A DNA stretch of 64,000 nt, taken from NCBI GenBank assembly GCA_002320815.1, contig DCLA01000086.1:2330-66329 (forward strand). The letters are read 5' to 3'. The notes beneath the pieces are model-generated. The model was not told the DNA's origin. It saw only the letters and a list, made by a program, of their open reading frames with translations, and did not search any database. This stretch comes from Myxococcales bacterium UBA1660 (GTDB lineage: Bacteria; Myxococcota_A; Polyangia; Polyangiales; Houyiibacteriaceae). Each line of letters opens with the position of its first letter. Positions within the stretch are counted from its first letter, which is position 1. A program made the translations under genes and the position numbers. Below are positions 49,565-59,815 of this stretch, in pieces.

Positions 49565-51538
49565 TCAGCGGCCGCGTTTCTTGGTCGAGATGCCCAGCCG
49601 GCGGGCGAGCCGATAGACCGTGCTGCGGGCCACCCCGAGCTCGCGGGCGGCCGCGCTGACGTTGCCCCCGTGAGCGGTGAGCGCCCGCTCGAGCGCGGCG
49701 GCTTCGGCGTCCCGGAGGGCGCCGCGATCCCCGTCGTCGTCGCGCGGGGCCCGCAGCTCCCGCGGGAGGTCGCGGGCCTCGAGGGCGGTGGCGCCGCGTC
49801 CCCGGGCGGTGAGCAGGGCGACGTCGAGCACGCTGAGCAGCTCGCGGACGTTGCCGGGCCACGCGTGGCGACGGAGGAGCTCGGCGGCGTCGGGCTGGAT
49901 CCGGGGCGGGGCGGGCCACCCGAGGCGCTGGGAACGCTTCGCGACCAGGTGCTCCGCGAGGCCCAGGATGTCCGCGCGGTCTCGGAGCGCCGGGAGCCGC
50001 ACCGAGGCGCCGCGGAGCCGGTAGAAGAGGTCTTGGCGGAAGTCCCCGCGGTCCACGGCGGCTTCGAGGTCGCGGCAGGTGGCGCAGACGACGCGGACGT
50101 CCGACCGTTGCTCGTGGCGATGGTCGCCCACCCGGTGGAAGGCGCCGCTGTCCAGGACGCGCAGCAGCGCGGCCTGCATGGCGAGGGGCATCTCGGCCAC
50201 CTCGTCCAGGAAGAGGGTGCCGCCGCTCGCGGCGTGGAAGAGCCCCTCCCGGCCCCGGGGATCGGCGCCGGTGAAGGCGCCGGCGGCGTGGCCGAAGAGC
50301 TCGCTCTCCAGGAGCGTGGGGGCGATCGCGCCGCAGTTCACCGCGACGAAGGGGCCCTGAGCCCGATCGCTGGCCTCGTGGATCGCGCGGACGAAGAGCT
50401 CCTTGCCGGAGCCGGTCTCCGCCAGGAGCATCACCGGGAGGTCGCTCCGGGCGACCAGGCGCGCCCACTCGATGGCGTCGAGGAGGGTGGGGTCCTGGGC
50501 GAAGAGGGTCCCGAAGGCGTCGTCGGCGGCCGGCGCCGGCGGGCGGTTGCTGGGGCGGCGCCGCGGAACCTCGAGGGTCACGCAGACCGCCAGCGGCAGG
50601 CCGCTGCCGTCGAGGACCGGCTCGGCGCGCAGCCGGAGCCCGGTGGCTTGCCCCCGGGTGAGCTCGCGCCCCCCGGCGGTGGGGCTGAGCGACTCCTCCA
50701 CCAGGCTCTCCCAGCCGAGCCCCAGGAGGGGCCGGGTGGATCCTCCGGCGGGGACGCCGCCGAGGGCGATCCGCGCGGCGGCGTTGAGGCGGCTGACCCG
50801 GCCGGGCGCCTCGACGAGGATCATCGCCTCGTGGGTCCGGTCCATGGTGCTCTTGAGCACCCGGAGCACCGAGCCACCGGCGGAGGCGAAGGCCTCCAGG
50901 CGCAAGAGCTCGCTGAGCACGCTGCTGGCGGAGAAGACCGCTTGGCCCACGGCGGGGTTGGCGCGGTCGAGGCGCGAGGTGGCGTCGAGGACGCCGACCA
51001 GCCGCCCGTGGGGATCGGTGATGGGCGCCGCGTAGCAGGCGAGCTCGTGGTAGCTCCGGCCGTAGTGGCCGCGGCCCATGACGATGGTCGGGCGTAGCTC
51101 GGCGGCCGCGGTGCCGATGGCGTTGGTCCCGCGGGCGGCCTCGCTCCACTCGGCGCCCTCCATGAGCCGGACCCGCTGGGCCTCGTCCCGGAACCCCCCG
51201 CCGCCGGCGGAGCGGACGATCATCCCGTCGGCGTCGGCCATCAGCAGCACGAAGTCGTGGGAGCTGACCTCGGCGGCGGCCTGGGAGAGCGCCGCGGCGC
51301 CGAGGGCCTGGAGGAGCTCGACGTGCTCCGAGCGCAGCCGGAACGCTTCGCCGCGGACGAGCGCGTCGTCGACGCGGCGACCCTCGGGGGAGGCGCCGAG
51401 GCGGCGGGACCGTTGCCAGTGCTTGACGTGGAGGGCCGGGGGCGCCAAACGACCGGCCGCGCGGTTCATCTGGAAGGCCTCCCAAGCGGCCTCCGAGACG
51501 TTGTCGATGACGATGGTGTCTTCGCCGCGCACCTCCAC
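49565..51538 (-). CDS. GAF-domain sigma54 enhancer-binding protein (AcoR-like)
   Basis: [45 protein letters not shown], Fis-type HTH. Confidence 0.95.
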   Translation of the reverse strand: MEVRGEDTIVIDNVSEAAWEAFQMNRAAGRLAPPALHVKHWQRSRRLGASPEGRRVDDALVRGEAFRLRSEHVELLQALGAAALSQAAAEVSSHDFVLLMADADGMIVRSAGGGGFRDEAQRVRLMEGAEWSEAARGTNAIGTAAAELRPTIVMGRGHYGRSYHELACYAAPITDPHGRLVGVLDATSRLDRANPAVGQAVFSASSVLSELLRLEAFASAGGSVLRVLKSTMDRTHEAMILVEAPGRVSRLNAAARIALGGVPAGGSTRPLLGLGWESLVEESLSPTAGGRELTRGQATGLRLRAEPVLDGSGLPLAVCVTLEVPRRRPSNRPPAPAADDAFGTLFAQDPTLLDAIEWARLVARSDLPVMLLAETGSGKELFVRAIHEASDRAQGPFVAVNCGAIAPTLLESELFGHAAGAFTGADPRGREGLFHAASGGTLFLDEVAEMPLAMQAALLRVLDSGAFHRVGDHRHEQRSDVRVVCATCRDLEAAVDRGDFRQDLFYRLRGASVRLPALRDRADILGLAEHLVAKRSQRLGWPAPPRIQPDAAELLRRHAWPGNVRELLSVLDVALLTARGRGATALEARDLPRELRAPRDDDGDRGALRDAEAAALERALTAHGGNVSAAARELGVARSTVYRLARRLGISTKKRGR

Positions 51539-51587
51539 AATCTGCCGGTGAAATCGGGGGAAAACAAGGTTCCCCCGGCTCGTAGCG

Positions 51588-51634
51588 GATCGCGACGGGG
51601 GGTGTCGCAGATCGCTCCAACGCGACGCGTCGCG
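51588..51634. promoter_or_regulatory. Candidate enhancer (EBP-binding) inverted repeats
   Basis: GATCGCGAC-N7-GTCGCAGATC and the palindrome CGCGACGCGTCGCG upstream of the sigma54 promoter. Confidence 0.4.
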
Positions 51635-51674
51635 TCAGTCCCGGAAACTTCGGAGAAACACGGATTGCGGGCCG

Positions 51675-51690
51675 TGGCACGAATGATGCG
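51675..51690 (+). promoter_or_regulatory. sigma54 promoter of the aldehyde dehydrogenase operon
   Basis: TGGCAC-GAATG-ATGC; a divergent EBP gene is adjacent. Confidence 0.8.
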
Positions 51691-51718
51691 GAGGGTTCTT
51701 CGAAAAGGAGGACGCGCC

Positions 51719-53238
<1,520 letters not shown>

Positions 53239-53239
<1 letters not shown>

Positions 53240-53595
53240 TGGCGGACGAGCGCGCGCCGACGGCGAGCGTGAGCGCGACGCCGGCCGCGCTCGACCTCGT
53301 CGCCTCGTTGGTCGAAGAGCACGGCCCGCTGATGTTCCATCAGTCCGGCGGCTGCTGCGATGGGAGCGCCCCGATGTGCTACCCGCGCGGTGAGATGCGT
53401 CTGGGCGCCCGGGACGTGAAGCTCGGCGAAGTCGGCGGCCAGCCCTTCTACATCGGGGGCCACCAATGGGAACGCTGGAAGCACACCCGGCTGACCCTGG
53501 ACGTGGTCCCCGGCCGCGGCGCGGGGTTCTCCATCGAGGCCCCGCGGGGCGTCCGCTTCCTGATCCGATCGGACGTCTGCCTCCCCGACGAGTGA
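53239..53595 (+). CDS. DUF779 family protein
   Basis: FHQSGGCCDGSAPMC, LDVVPGRGAGFSIE; TGATG overlap with the dehydrogenase stop. Confidence 0.92.
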
Positions 53596-53638
53596 AGAGG
53601 GTGGCGGAGGACGGGCCCGGGTCCCATGCTCGCGCGCG

Positions 53639-56356
53639 GTGACCGAGCCTTCCTCCTCCATCGATTTCCCGTCCACCGACGCCGCCCTCCGGGACGACGT
53701 CCGCACCCTCGGCGCCATGCTGGGGAAGCTCCTCGTCGACCTCGAGGGTCAGCCGCTCTTCGACGCGGTCGAGTCCATCCGGCGCACGGCGCGCGCGCGC
53801 CGCGCGGGCGACCCGACGGCCGCGGACCGGCTCTCGGCTTTCCTGGAGCAGCACGACGCGGAGAAGGTCCGCACCGTGGTCCGCGCCTTCAGCGCGTACT
53901 TCGGGCTGGTGAACATGGCCGAGCGGGTGCATCGCATCCGGCGCCGGCGGGTCCACGAGCGGCAGGAGCAGCCCCAGCCGGGCGGCGTGCGGGCCATCGT
54001 CGCCGAGCTCGCCGAGCGGGGCTTCTCGCGCGAGGTGGTCACCGGCGCGCTGGAGAAGATGACCATCGCGCCGGTCTTCACGGCGCACCCCTCGGAGGCG
54101 ATCCGGCGGACCATCCTGCGCAAGGAACAGCGGATCGCCTACGCGCTGGTGGATCGCTTCGACCGGGCCCACCTCACGCCGCGCGAGGATCGAGCCGCCC
54201 TGGGTCGCATCCGGGCCGAGCTGGCCAGCTCCTGGACCACCTCCGAGCACGGCACCCGGCCCACGGTGGCCGACGAGGTGGAGCACGTGGCTTTCTACCT
54301 GGTCACGGTGATCTACCGCGCGGTCCCGGCGTTCTTCGAAGAGCTCGAGGAGGCCATCGCCGAGCAGTGGCCGGAGCACCCGACCTGGGCCGCGCCCGAT
54401 CGGCTCCTGCGCTTCGGCAGCTGGGTCGGCGGCGACATGGACGGCAACCCCAACGTCGGCGCGGACACCTTCGGGCGCACCCTGGCCCGGCAGCGGAAGC
54501 TGGTGCTCGACCGCTACGTGGACGAGCTCCACGAGCTGGCCGACCACCTCAGCCTCTCGGATGCCGGCGGCGCCATCGACCCGCGGGTGGGCGAGCTCTT
54601 CGGTCGCTACGCCACGCTGGTGCCCGAGGCCGCCAGCGCGCTGGAGGCGCGCTACGGGGACATGCCCTACCGGAACCTCTGTCTGCTGATGGCGGCGCGG
54701 ATCCGCGCGACCCAGGAAGACGGCGCCGGCGCCTATCCCCACGCCAGCGAGTTCCAGGACGACCTGCGCCTCATCGAGGCCACCATGGCCGAGGCCTCGG
54801 ACGCCGCCGCCGGGTACCGGGTCCGCAGGCTTCGGCGGCGCGCGGAGACCTTCGGGTTCCACCTGGCCACCATCGACATCCGGCAGGATTCGCTGGTCCA
54901 TCGGCGGGCCATCGCCGATCTCCTGGGCGACGAGGGCTTCGTGGAGCGGAGCGCCGAGGAGCGCACCCGGGTCCTCCTCGAGGCGTTGGGCCGCGAGGTC
55001 CCGGTGCCCGCGGAGCCGGGGCCGGACCTCGAGCGCACCCTGGCCATGTTGCGGGCCGTCGCCGAGGCCCAGCGGACGATGGCCGAGCACGCGGTGGGTC
55101 CGTACATCATCAGCATGGCCCGCGGGCCCGACGACCCGCTCGCGGTGCTGCTCCTGGCCAAGGTCGCGGGCGTGGGCACGGGCGACGCGGTCACCCTGGA
55201 CATCGCGCCGCTCTTCGAGACCGCCGACGACCTCTTCGGCGCCCGCGAGACCATGGAGGCGCTCTTCGCCGAGCCGGTCTACCGCGAGCACCTCCGGCGT
55301 CGGGGCGACCGGCAGATGGTCATGGTGGGCTACTCGGACAGCGGAAAGGACGCCGGGATCATGGCCGCGCGCTGGGCGCTCCAGCAGGGCCAACGGGATC
55401 TGGTGGAGGCCTGCACCGGCGCCGGCGTCGAGCTGACCATCTTCCATGGTCGCGGCGGCACGATCAGCCGTGGCGGCACCAAGACCCGGGAGGCCGTCTT
55501 GGCCGCGCCGCCGGGCAGCGTGGGGGGCCACCTGCGCATGACCGAGCAGGGGGAGATCATCCACGCGCGCTACGGGCTCCGCGGGATCGCGCTGCGCTCC
55601 CTGGAGCTGGCGACCGGGGCGGTGCTTCAGCGGACCGCGGGCGCGGTGCCGCGGGCCCAGCTCGAGGCCAGCGAGCCGCGCGCCACGCTGATGGAGACCA
55701 TGGCCACCGCCAGCCGCTCGGCCTATCGGGCGCTGGTCGAGGACCCGCGCTTCCTGACCTACTTCCGGGCGGCCACGCCCATCGACGTGATCGAGCGGAT
55801 GGCCATCGGATCGCGGCCGGCCTCGCGGCGGAAGCAGGCCGGGCTCGAGGACCTCCGGGCCATCCCCTGGGTCTTCGCCTGGACCCAGAGCCGGCAGATC
55901 GTGCCCGGCTGGTTCGGCGCCGGCAGCGGACTGCAGGCGGGCATCGAGGCCACGTCGCTGGAGACGGTCCGGACCCTGGCGCGGGAGTGGCCCTTCTTCG
56001 ACACGCTGCTGGCGGACATCGAGATGGTGCTCGCCAAGACCGACATGGAGATCGCCGCCCGCTACGCCGAGCTCGCCGACGAGGCGAGCCGCGGGATCTT
56101 CGAGGTGGTGCTCGAGGAGCACGCGCGGACCCGGGAGTTGATTCTGCGGGTGCGGGCCAGCGAGCGCATCCTCGAAGGGGAGCCGACCCTGGACCGGACG
56201 CTCAACCTGCGGAACCCCTACATCGACCCGATGAGCTTCGCGCAGATCGCGCTGCTCCGCGCCTGGCGCGCGGAAGGGCGGCCGGCGGGGGAGCGGCTCG
56301 AGGCCCTCTTCAGCACGGTGCGCGGCATCGCGCGGGGCCTCCAGAACACCGGCTGA
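53639..56356 (+). CDS. ppc: Phosphoenolpyruvate carboxylase
   Basis: VFTAHP, SWVGGDMDGNP, MVGYSDSGKD, FHGRGG, LRAIPW, C-terminal LQNTG. Confidence 0.97.
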   Translation: MTEPSSSIDFPSTDAALRDDVRTLGAMLGKLLVDLEGQPLFDAVESIRRTARARRAGDPTAADRLSAFLEQHDAEKVRTVVRAFSAYFGLVNMAERVHRIRRRRVHERQEQPQPGGVRAIVAELAERGFSREVVTGALEKMTIAPVFTAHPSEAIRRTILRKEQRIAYALVDRFDRAHLTPREDRAALGRIRAELASSWTTSEHGTRPTVADEVEHVAFYLVTVIYRAVPAFFEELEEAIAEQWPEHPTWAAPDRLLRFGSWVGGDMDGNPNVGADTFGRTLARQRKLVLDRYVDELHELADHLSLSDAGGAIDPRVGELFGRYATLVPEAASALEARYGDMPYRNLCLLMAARIRATQEDGAGAYPHASEFQDDLRLIEATMAEASDAAAGYRVRRLRRRAETFGFHLATIDIRQDSLVHRRAIADLLGDEGFVERSAEERTRVLLEALGREVPVPAEPGPDLERTLAMLRAVAEAQRTMAEHAVGPYIISMARGPDDPLAVLLLAKVAGVGTGDAVTLDIAPLFETADDLFGARETMEALFAEPVYREHLRRRGDRQMVMVGYSDSGKDAGIMAARWALQQGQRDLVEACTGAGVELTIFHGRGGTISRGGTKTREAVLAAPPGSVGGHLRMTEQGEIIHARYGLRGIALRSLELATGAVLQRTAGAVPRAQLEASEPRATLMETMATASRSAYRALVEDPRFLTYFRAATPIDVIERMAIGSRPASRRKQAGLEDLRAIPWVFAWTQSRQIVPGWFGAGSGLQAGIEATSLETVRTLAREWPFFDTLLADIEMVLAKTDMEIAARYAELADEASRGIFEVVLEEHARTRELILRVRASERILEGEPTLDRTLNLRNPYIDPMSFAQIALLRAWRAEGRPAGERLEALFSTVRGIARGLQNTG

Positions 56357-56365
56357 GTCAGCCGG

Positions 56366-57652
56366 CTACCGCCGGGAGCGGATCCGCTGGGCGCCGCCGA
56401 TCAGGATTAGCGCGGCGGGCAGCCCGAAGAGGAACGCGAAGGTGCGGCTGCGGTGCTCGGGGCCGAGGAGATCGATCTCGGCCGGCGGCGGCAGCGGAGC
56501 CACCGGCCGGCGGGCCTCGTCGTCCTCCACCAACCACTCCAGAATCCGGCGCGCGAGCGCCGCCTCGCCGGGGCGCCGGAGCCCCTCGTCGCCGAGGAGG
56601 TCGGCGTCGCCGAGCACCACGGCGCGGCCCTCGCGCTCCAGGCCCGCGCGGGGAACGAAGGCGCGGGTGGTCATCACCGCCTGCTCGCGGAGGGGTTCTC
56701 CGACACCGCGCGCGCCGTCGCCGTCCGCGTCGGGGTAGGCGCGGGGGATCCACAGCGGCGCCACGGCGCGGGCTTCGCCCAATCGCGCGAAGCCGCGGGC
56801 CCCGTCCACGGTGAGCGGCGCCGGGAGCTCGGCGGTCAGGGGATGCGCCCCGGAGGCCTGGGCGCGGAGCCGCTCGTCGCCCTCGGGGCCCCGGAGCAAT
56901 CCGGGCTGGGCTCGGACGCCGAGGCTGGTCAGGAGCGGCGCATCGGGGGCGCGCTCGAAGACGGCGAGGAGCCGGCCGCCCTCGCGCATGAAGCGGCTCA
57001 GGGCCCGGCTCTCGGTCTCGCGGCCGGGACCCGCGGGATCGAGCCAGACGACCAAGGGGCGCTCCGCCGCCGGGATCGCGCGGGCGAGGTCCCAGGAGCG
57101 CACCTCCAACCCGGCTCCCGCGAGCAAGGCGCGGAGGCGCGCCTGGGGCTCCCGCTCGCCGTGCCCCGCGACGAAGAGGGCCAGGCGCGGCGGCGCGAGG
57201 GCGCGGCCGAGGGCGGCGACCACCTCGCCATCGAGCCGCGCGAAGGAGCGCCGGGCCACGGCGGGTCGAGTGCCGACCACGACGCGCTCGCTCGCGCCCC
57301 GCGTGGCGACGACCAGGACCCCGGCGCCGACGACCTCGTGCTCGCGTTCGAGGGCGGGCTCGCGCCCCGGGGTCACCCGACTTACGCGGACGCGCTGCCC
57401 GGCGAGCGCCGCGAGCCAGGGCTCCAGGCGGGCCCAGATGGGATCGCGCTCGTCGAAGAACGCCAGGAGCTCGACATCGGTGCCCGAGTCGCGGAAGGCG
57501 GCCACGGTCGCCGGCGCGGGCGCGCTCAACGCCGCGAGGGACACGTCGGCACGCCACTCCGCCGCGCGGGCTCCGGCCCAGAGCGCGCAGGCGACGAGCG
57601 CCGCGAGGACCACGCCCAGGGCGCTACGCCGGCGCCGACTCAGTGGCCCCAT
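56366..57652 (-). CDS. GldG-like ABC transporter auxiliary protein
   Basis: N- and C-terminal TM helices, LFVAGHGERE, FMREGGRLL, VVLGDADLL; third gene of an ABC operon. Confidence 0.75.
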   Translation of the reverse strand: MGPLSRRRRSALGVVLAALVACALWAGARAAEWRADVSLAALSAPAPATVAAFRDSGTDVELLAFFDERDPIWARLEPWLAALAGQRVRVSRVTPGREPALEREHEVVGAGVLVVATRGASERVVVGTRPAVARRSFARLDGEVVAALGRALAPPRLALFVAGHGEREPQARLRALLAGAGLEVRSWDLARAIPAAERPLVVWLDPAGPGRETESRALSRFMREGGRLLAVFERAPDAPLLTSLGVRAQPGLLRGPEGDERLRAQASGAHPLTAELPAPLTVDGARGFARLGEARAVAPLWIPRAYPDADGDGARGVGEPLREQAVMTTRAFVPRAGLEREGRAVVLGDADLLGDEGLRRPGEAALARRILEWLVEDDEARRPVAPLPPPAEIDLLGPEHRSRTFAFLFGLPAALILIGGAQRIRSRR

Positions 57653-58350
57653 CGGCGCTCCTCTTGCCCGGCGACGGTGAGGGCGACGGCCACGAGGGCG
57701 ATGGCCGCGAAGAACGCGAGGTCGGCGCCATCGACGACGCCCCGGCGGAGGGTGTCGAGGTGCGACCACACGGGGCCCGCTTCGCTCAGCACCCCGCGTA
57801 CACCCGCGGGGACGTGGTCGGCGGCGAGGGGCGCCAGTTCCAGCGCGCCGAGGAGCGCCCCGGCGGCCAGGACCCCACCGAGACCGAGCCGCGCCACCGC
57901 GGCCCGCGCGAGGGTCACCGCGACGAGGCCGACCCCGAAGAGCCCCAGCGCTCCGGCGACCAGGTGCCCGGTCCCGATGGCACCGCTCGTGGCGACGAGG
58001 AGCGGGACCGGGAGGGAGACCAGGACCGCCAGCGCGAGCCACCCGAGATCGGCCGCGAGGCGGCCGGCCACCACGGCGCCGGTGCGGACGGCGCTGGTGC
58101 GCCAGAGCAGGGCCGCGTGGGCGTCGCGGGCGCTCAGGGCCACCAGCGCCAAGGCGCCGATCTCCATGCCGTAGCCGGCGTGGTGCAGGTCGATGGCCAA
58201 CGCCGCTTCCGCGGTGCGCCGCTCGTCCAGGGCGAAGGCGACGCCGTGGATGGCCTGCACCAGGGCCAGGGCCCCGAGGAGGAGCCACCCCGCGCCTTCG
58301 CCGAAGAGCGCGGCGAGCTCCCGGCGAGCGATCGCGCCGGCGGCCCTCAC
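57640..58350 (-). CDS. GldF-like ABC-2 permease
   Basis: IARRELAALF start, about 6 TM helices, LRRGVVDGADLAFF; GTGA overlap with the ATPase stop. Confidence 0.75.
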   Translation of the reverse strand: MRAAGAIARRELAALFGEGAGWLLLGALALVQAIHGVAFALDERRTAEAALAIDLHHAGYGMEIGALALVALSARDAHAALLWRTSAVRTGAVVAGRLAADLGWLALAVLVSLPVPLLVATSGAIGTGHLVAGALGLFGVGLVAVTLARAAVARLGLGGVLAAGALLGALELAPLAADHVPAGVRGVLSEAGPVWSHLDTLRRGVVDGADLAFFAAIALVAVALTVAGQEERRWGH

Positions 58351-59039
58351 GGCGTCTCCCCACGCAGGAGGGACTCCAGCCGGGTCGCGTCGGCGTCCCG
58401 TTCGTCGGCGAGGAGGTTCCCGGCGCTCAGGACCAGGAAGCGGTCGGCGATGCGGGTCAGCTCGACCAGCCGGTGCGAGGAGAGGATCACCGTGGCCTCG
58501 AGGCCGGCGAGGAGCTCGCCCAGCTCGGCCACCTGGACCGGGTCGAGCCCGGAGGTCGGCTCGTCGAGGAGGAGGAGCTGGGGCCGGTGGACCAGCGCCT
58601 GGGCGAGCCCCACCCGCTGCCGGTACCCGTGGGAGAGGGTGGCGATGCGCGCGCCCGGGTCGGTGAGGCCGCATCGGTCGGCGACCTCCGCGGCCGCCCG
58701 CGCGGGATCGGCGAGGCCGCGGAGAGCGGCCACGTGCTCCAGAAAGGCGCCGACGCGCATCCGCTCGTGGACCGGCGGCCGCTCGGGGACGTAGCCGATC
58801 TGCGCGCGCCACCCGGGGGCGACCGTGGGCTGGGCGCCGAAGAGCCGCAGGGAGCCCGCGCTGGGATCGAGGAGCCCGGCGAGCAGACGCAGCAGGGTGC
58901 TCTTGCCGGCGCCGTTGCGGCCGACCAGGCCGACCCGCTCGCCCGCGTCGAGCGTGAAGGTGACGTCGCGCAGCGCCACACGCGGGCCGAAGGAGCGGCC
59001 GAGCGCCTGGGCCGCGACCACGGGTGTCGCTGCCGTCAT
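58347..59039 (-). CDS. ABC transporter ATP-binding protein (GldA-like)
   Basis: GRNGAGKST, LSHGYRQRVG, LLLDEPTSGLD, SSH. Confidence 0.93.
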   Translation of the reverse strand: MTAATPVVAAQALGRSFGPRVALRDVTFTLDAGERVGLVGRNGAGKSTLLRLLAGLLDPSAGSLRLFGAQPTVAPGWRAQIGYVPERPPVHERMRVGAFLEHVAALRGLADPARAAAEVADRCGLTDPGARIATLSHGYRQRVGLAQALVHRPQLLLLDEPTSGLDPVQVAELGELLAGLEATVILSSHRLVELTRIADRFLVLSAGNLLADERDADATRLESLLRGETP

Positions 59040-59046
59040 GGGGGGG

Positions 59047-59760
59047 CTACCAGGAGACGAGGGGCATCGCGCCGGCGCCAGTGTCGTCGTCGACGATGGT
59101 GAGGACCACCAGCGTGACCCCGATGGCCGCGACGACCCCGAGGGCGGTCCAGAAGCGCCAGTCCTTGGCCACCGGTCGCGCCGCGGCGCGCTCGAAGAGG
59201 TTGGGGCCCGAGTCCGCGGTCGCGGCGGTGGGGCGCGCCGAGTGGGTCTGGCCGACGTTCACGGTGATCACCTCTTCGGCGACCGGCTGGTCGCCCTCCA
59301 GGACGGTGACCCGGTGGGTGCCGGCCAGCACCCGGGTGGGGCGCTGGGGCTCGGCGAGGGGGTAGCCGTCGATCTCCACGTGGCGACCTTCGGTGATCTC
59401 CGCCTCCACCCGGACCTGCCCGCCCCGCTCGGTCATGTGGGTCTGGAGCTCCCGGGCCTGGGCCTTCAGCTCCGGGGGCGAGGCCGGGTCGGCCAGGAGG
59501 AGCTCGAGCTCCGCGTCGGCCTCGGGGTACTGGCCCAGCTCGAAGAGGTTGAGCGCGAGGTTGTAGCGGACGGCGGGAGCGGACCGGATGGCCAGCACCG
59601 CCCGGAAGGTCTCGACGGCCTCGTCGTAGCGCCGCGCCTCGTGCTGCTCGACGCCTTCGCCGAAGAGATCTCGCGCGCGCGCCACGTCCTCGTCGGAACC
59701 CTGAGCGACTGCGATCGAGGGCGCGAGGAGGAGAGCGAGGAGGGGGAGGTGACGGCGCAT
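59047..59760 (-). CDS. Exported TPR + PEGA-like protein with a C-terminal hydrophobic segment
   Basis: Signal peptide, ARDLFGEG...VRYNLA TPR, VEIDG...GTHRV PEGA-like region, WRFWTALGVV tail. Confidence 0.8.
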   Translation of the reverse strand: MRRHLPLLALLLAPSIAVAQGSDEDVARARDLFGEGVEQHEARRYDEAVETFRAVLAIRSAPAVRYNLALNLFELGQYPEADAELELLLADPASPPELKAQARELQTHMTERGGQVRVEAEITEGRHVEIDGYPLAEPQRPTRVLAGTHRVTVLEGDQPVAEEVITVNVGQTHSARPTAATADSGPNLFERAAARPVAKDWRFWTALGVVAAIGVTLVVLTIVDDDTGAGAMPLVSW

Positions 59761-59815
59761 GGCTGGGCATCCTACAATCGCTGCGAATGGGATCCCACCT
59801 CCACGCGGCTCGGCC

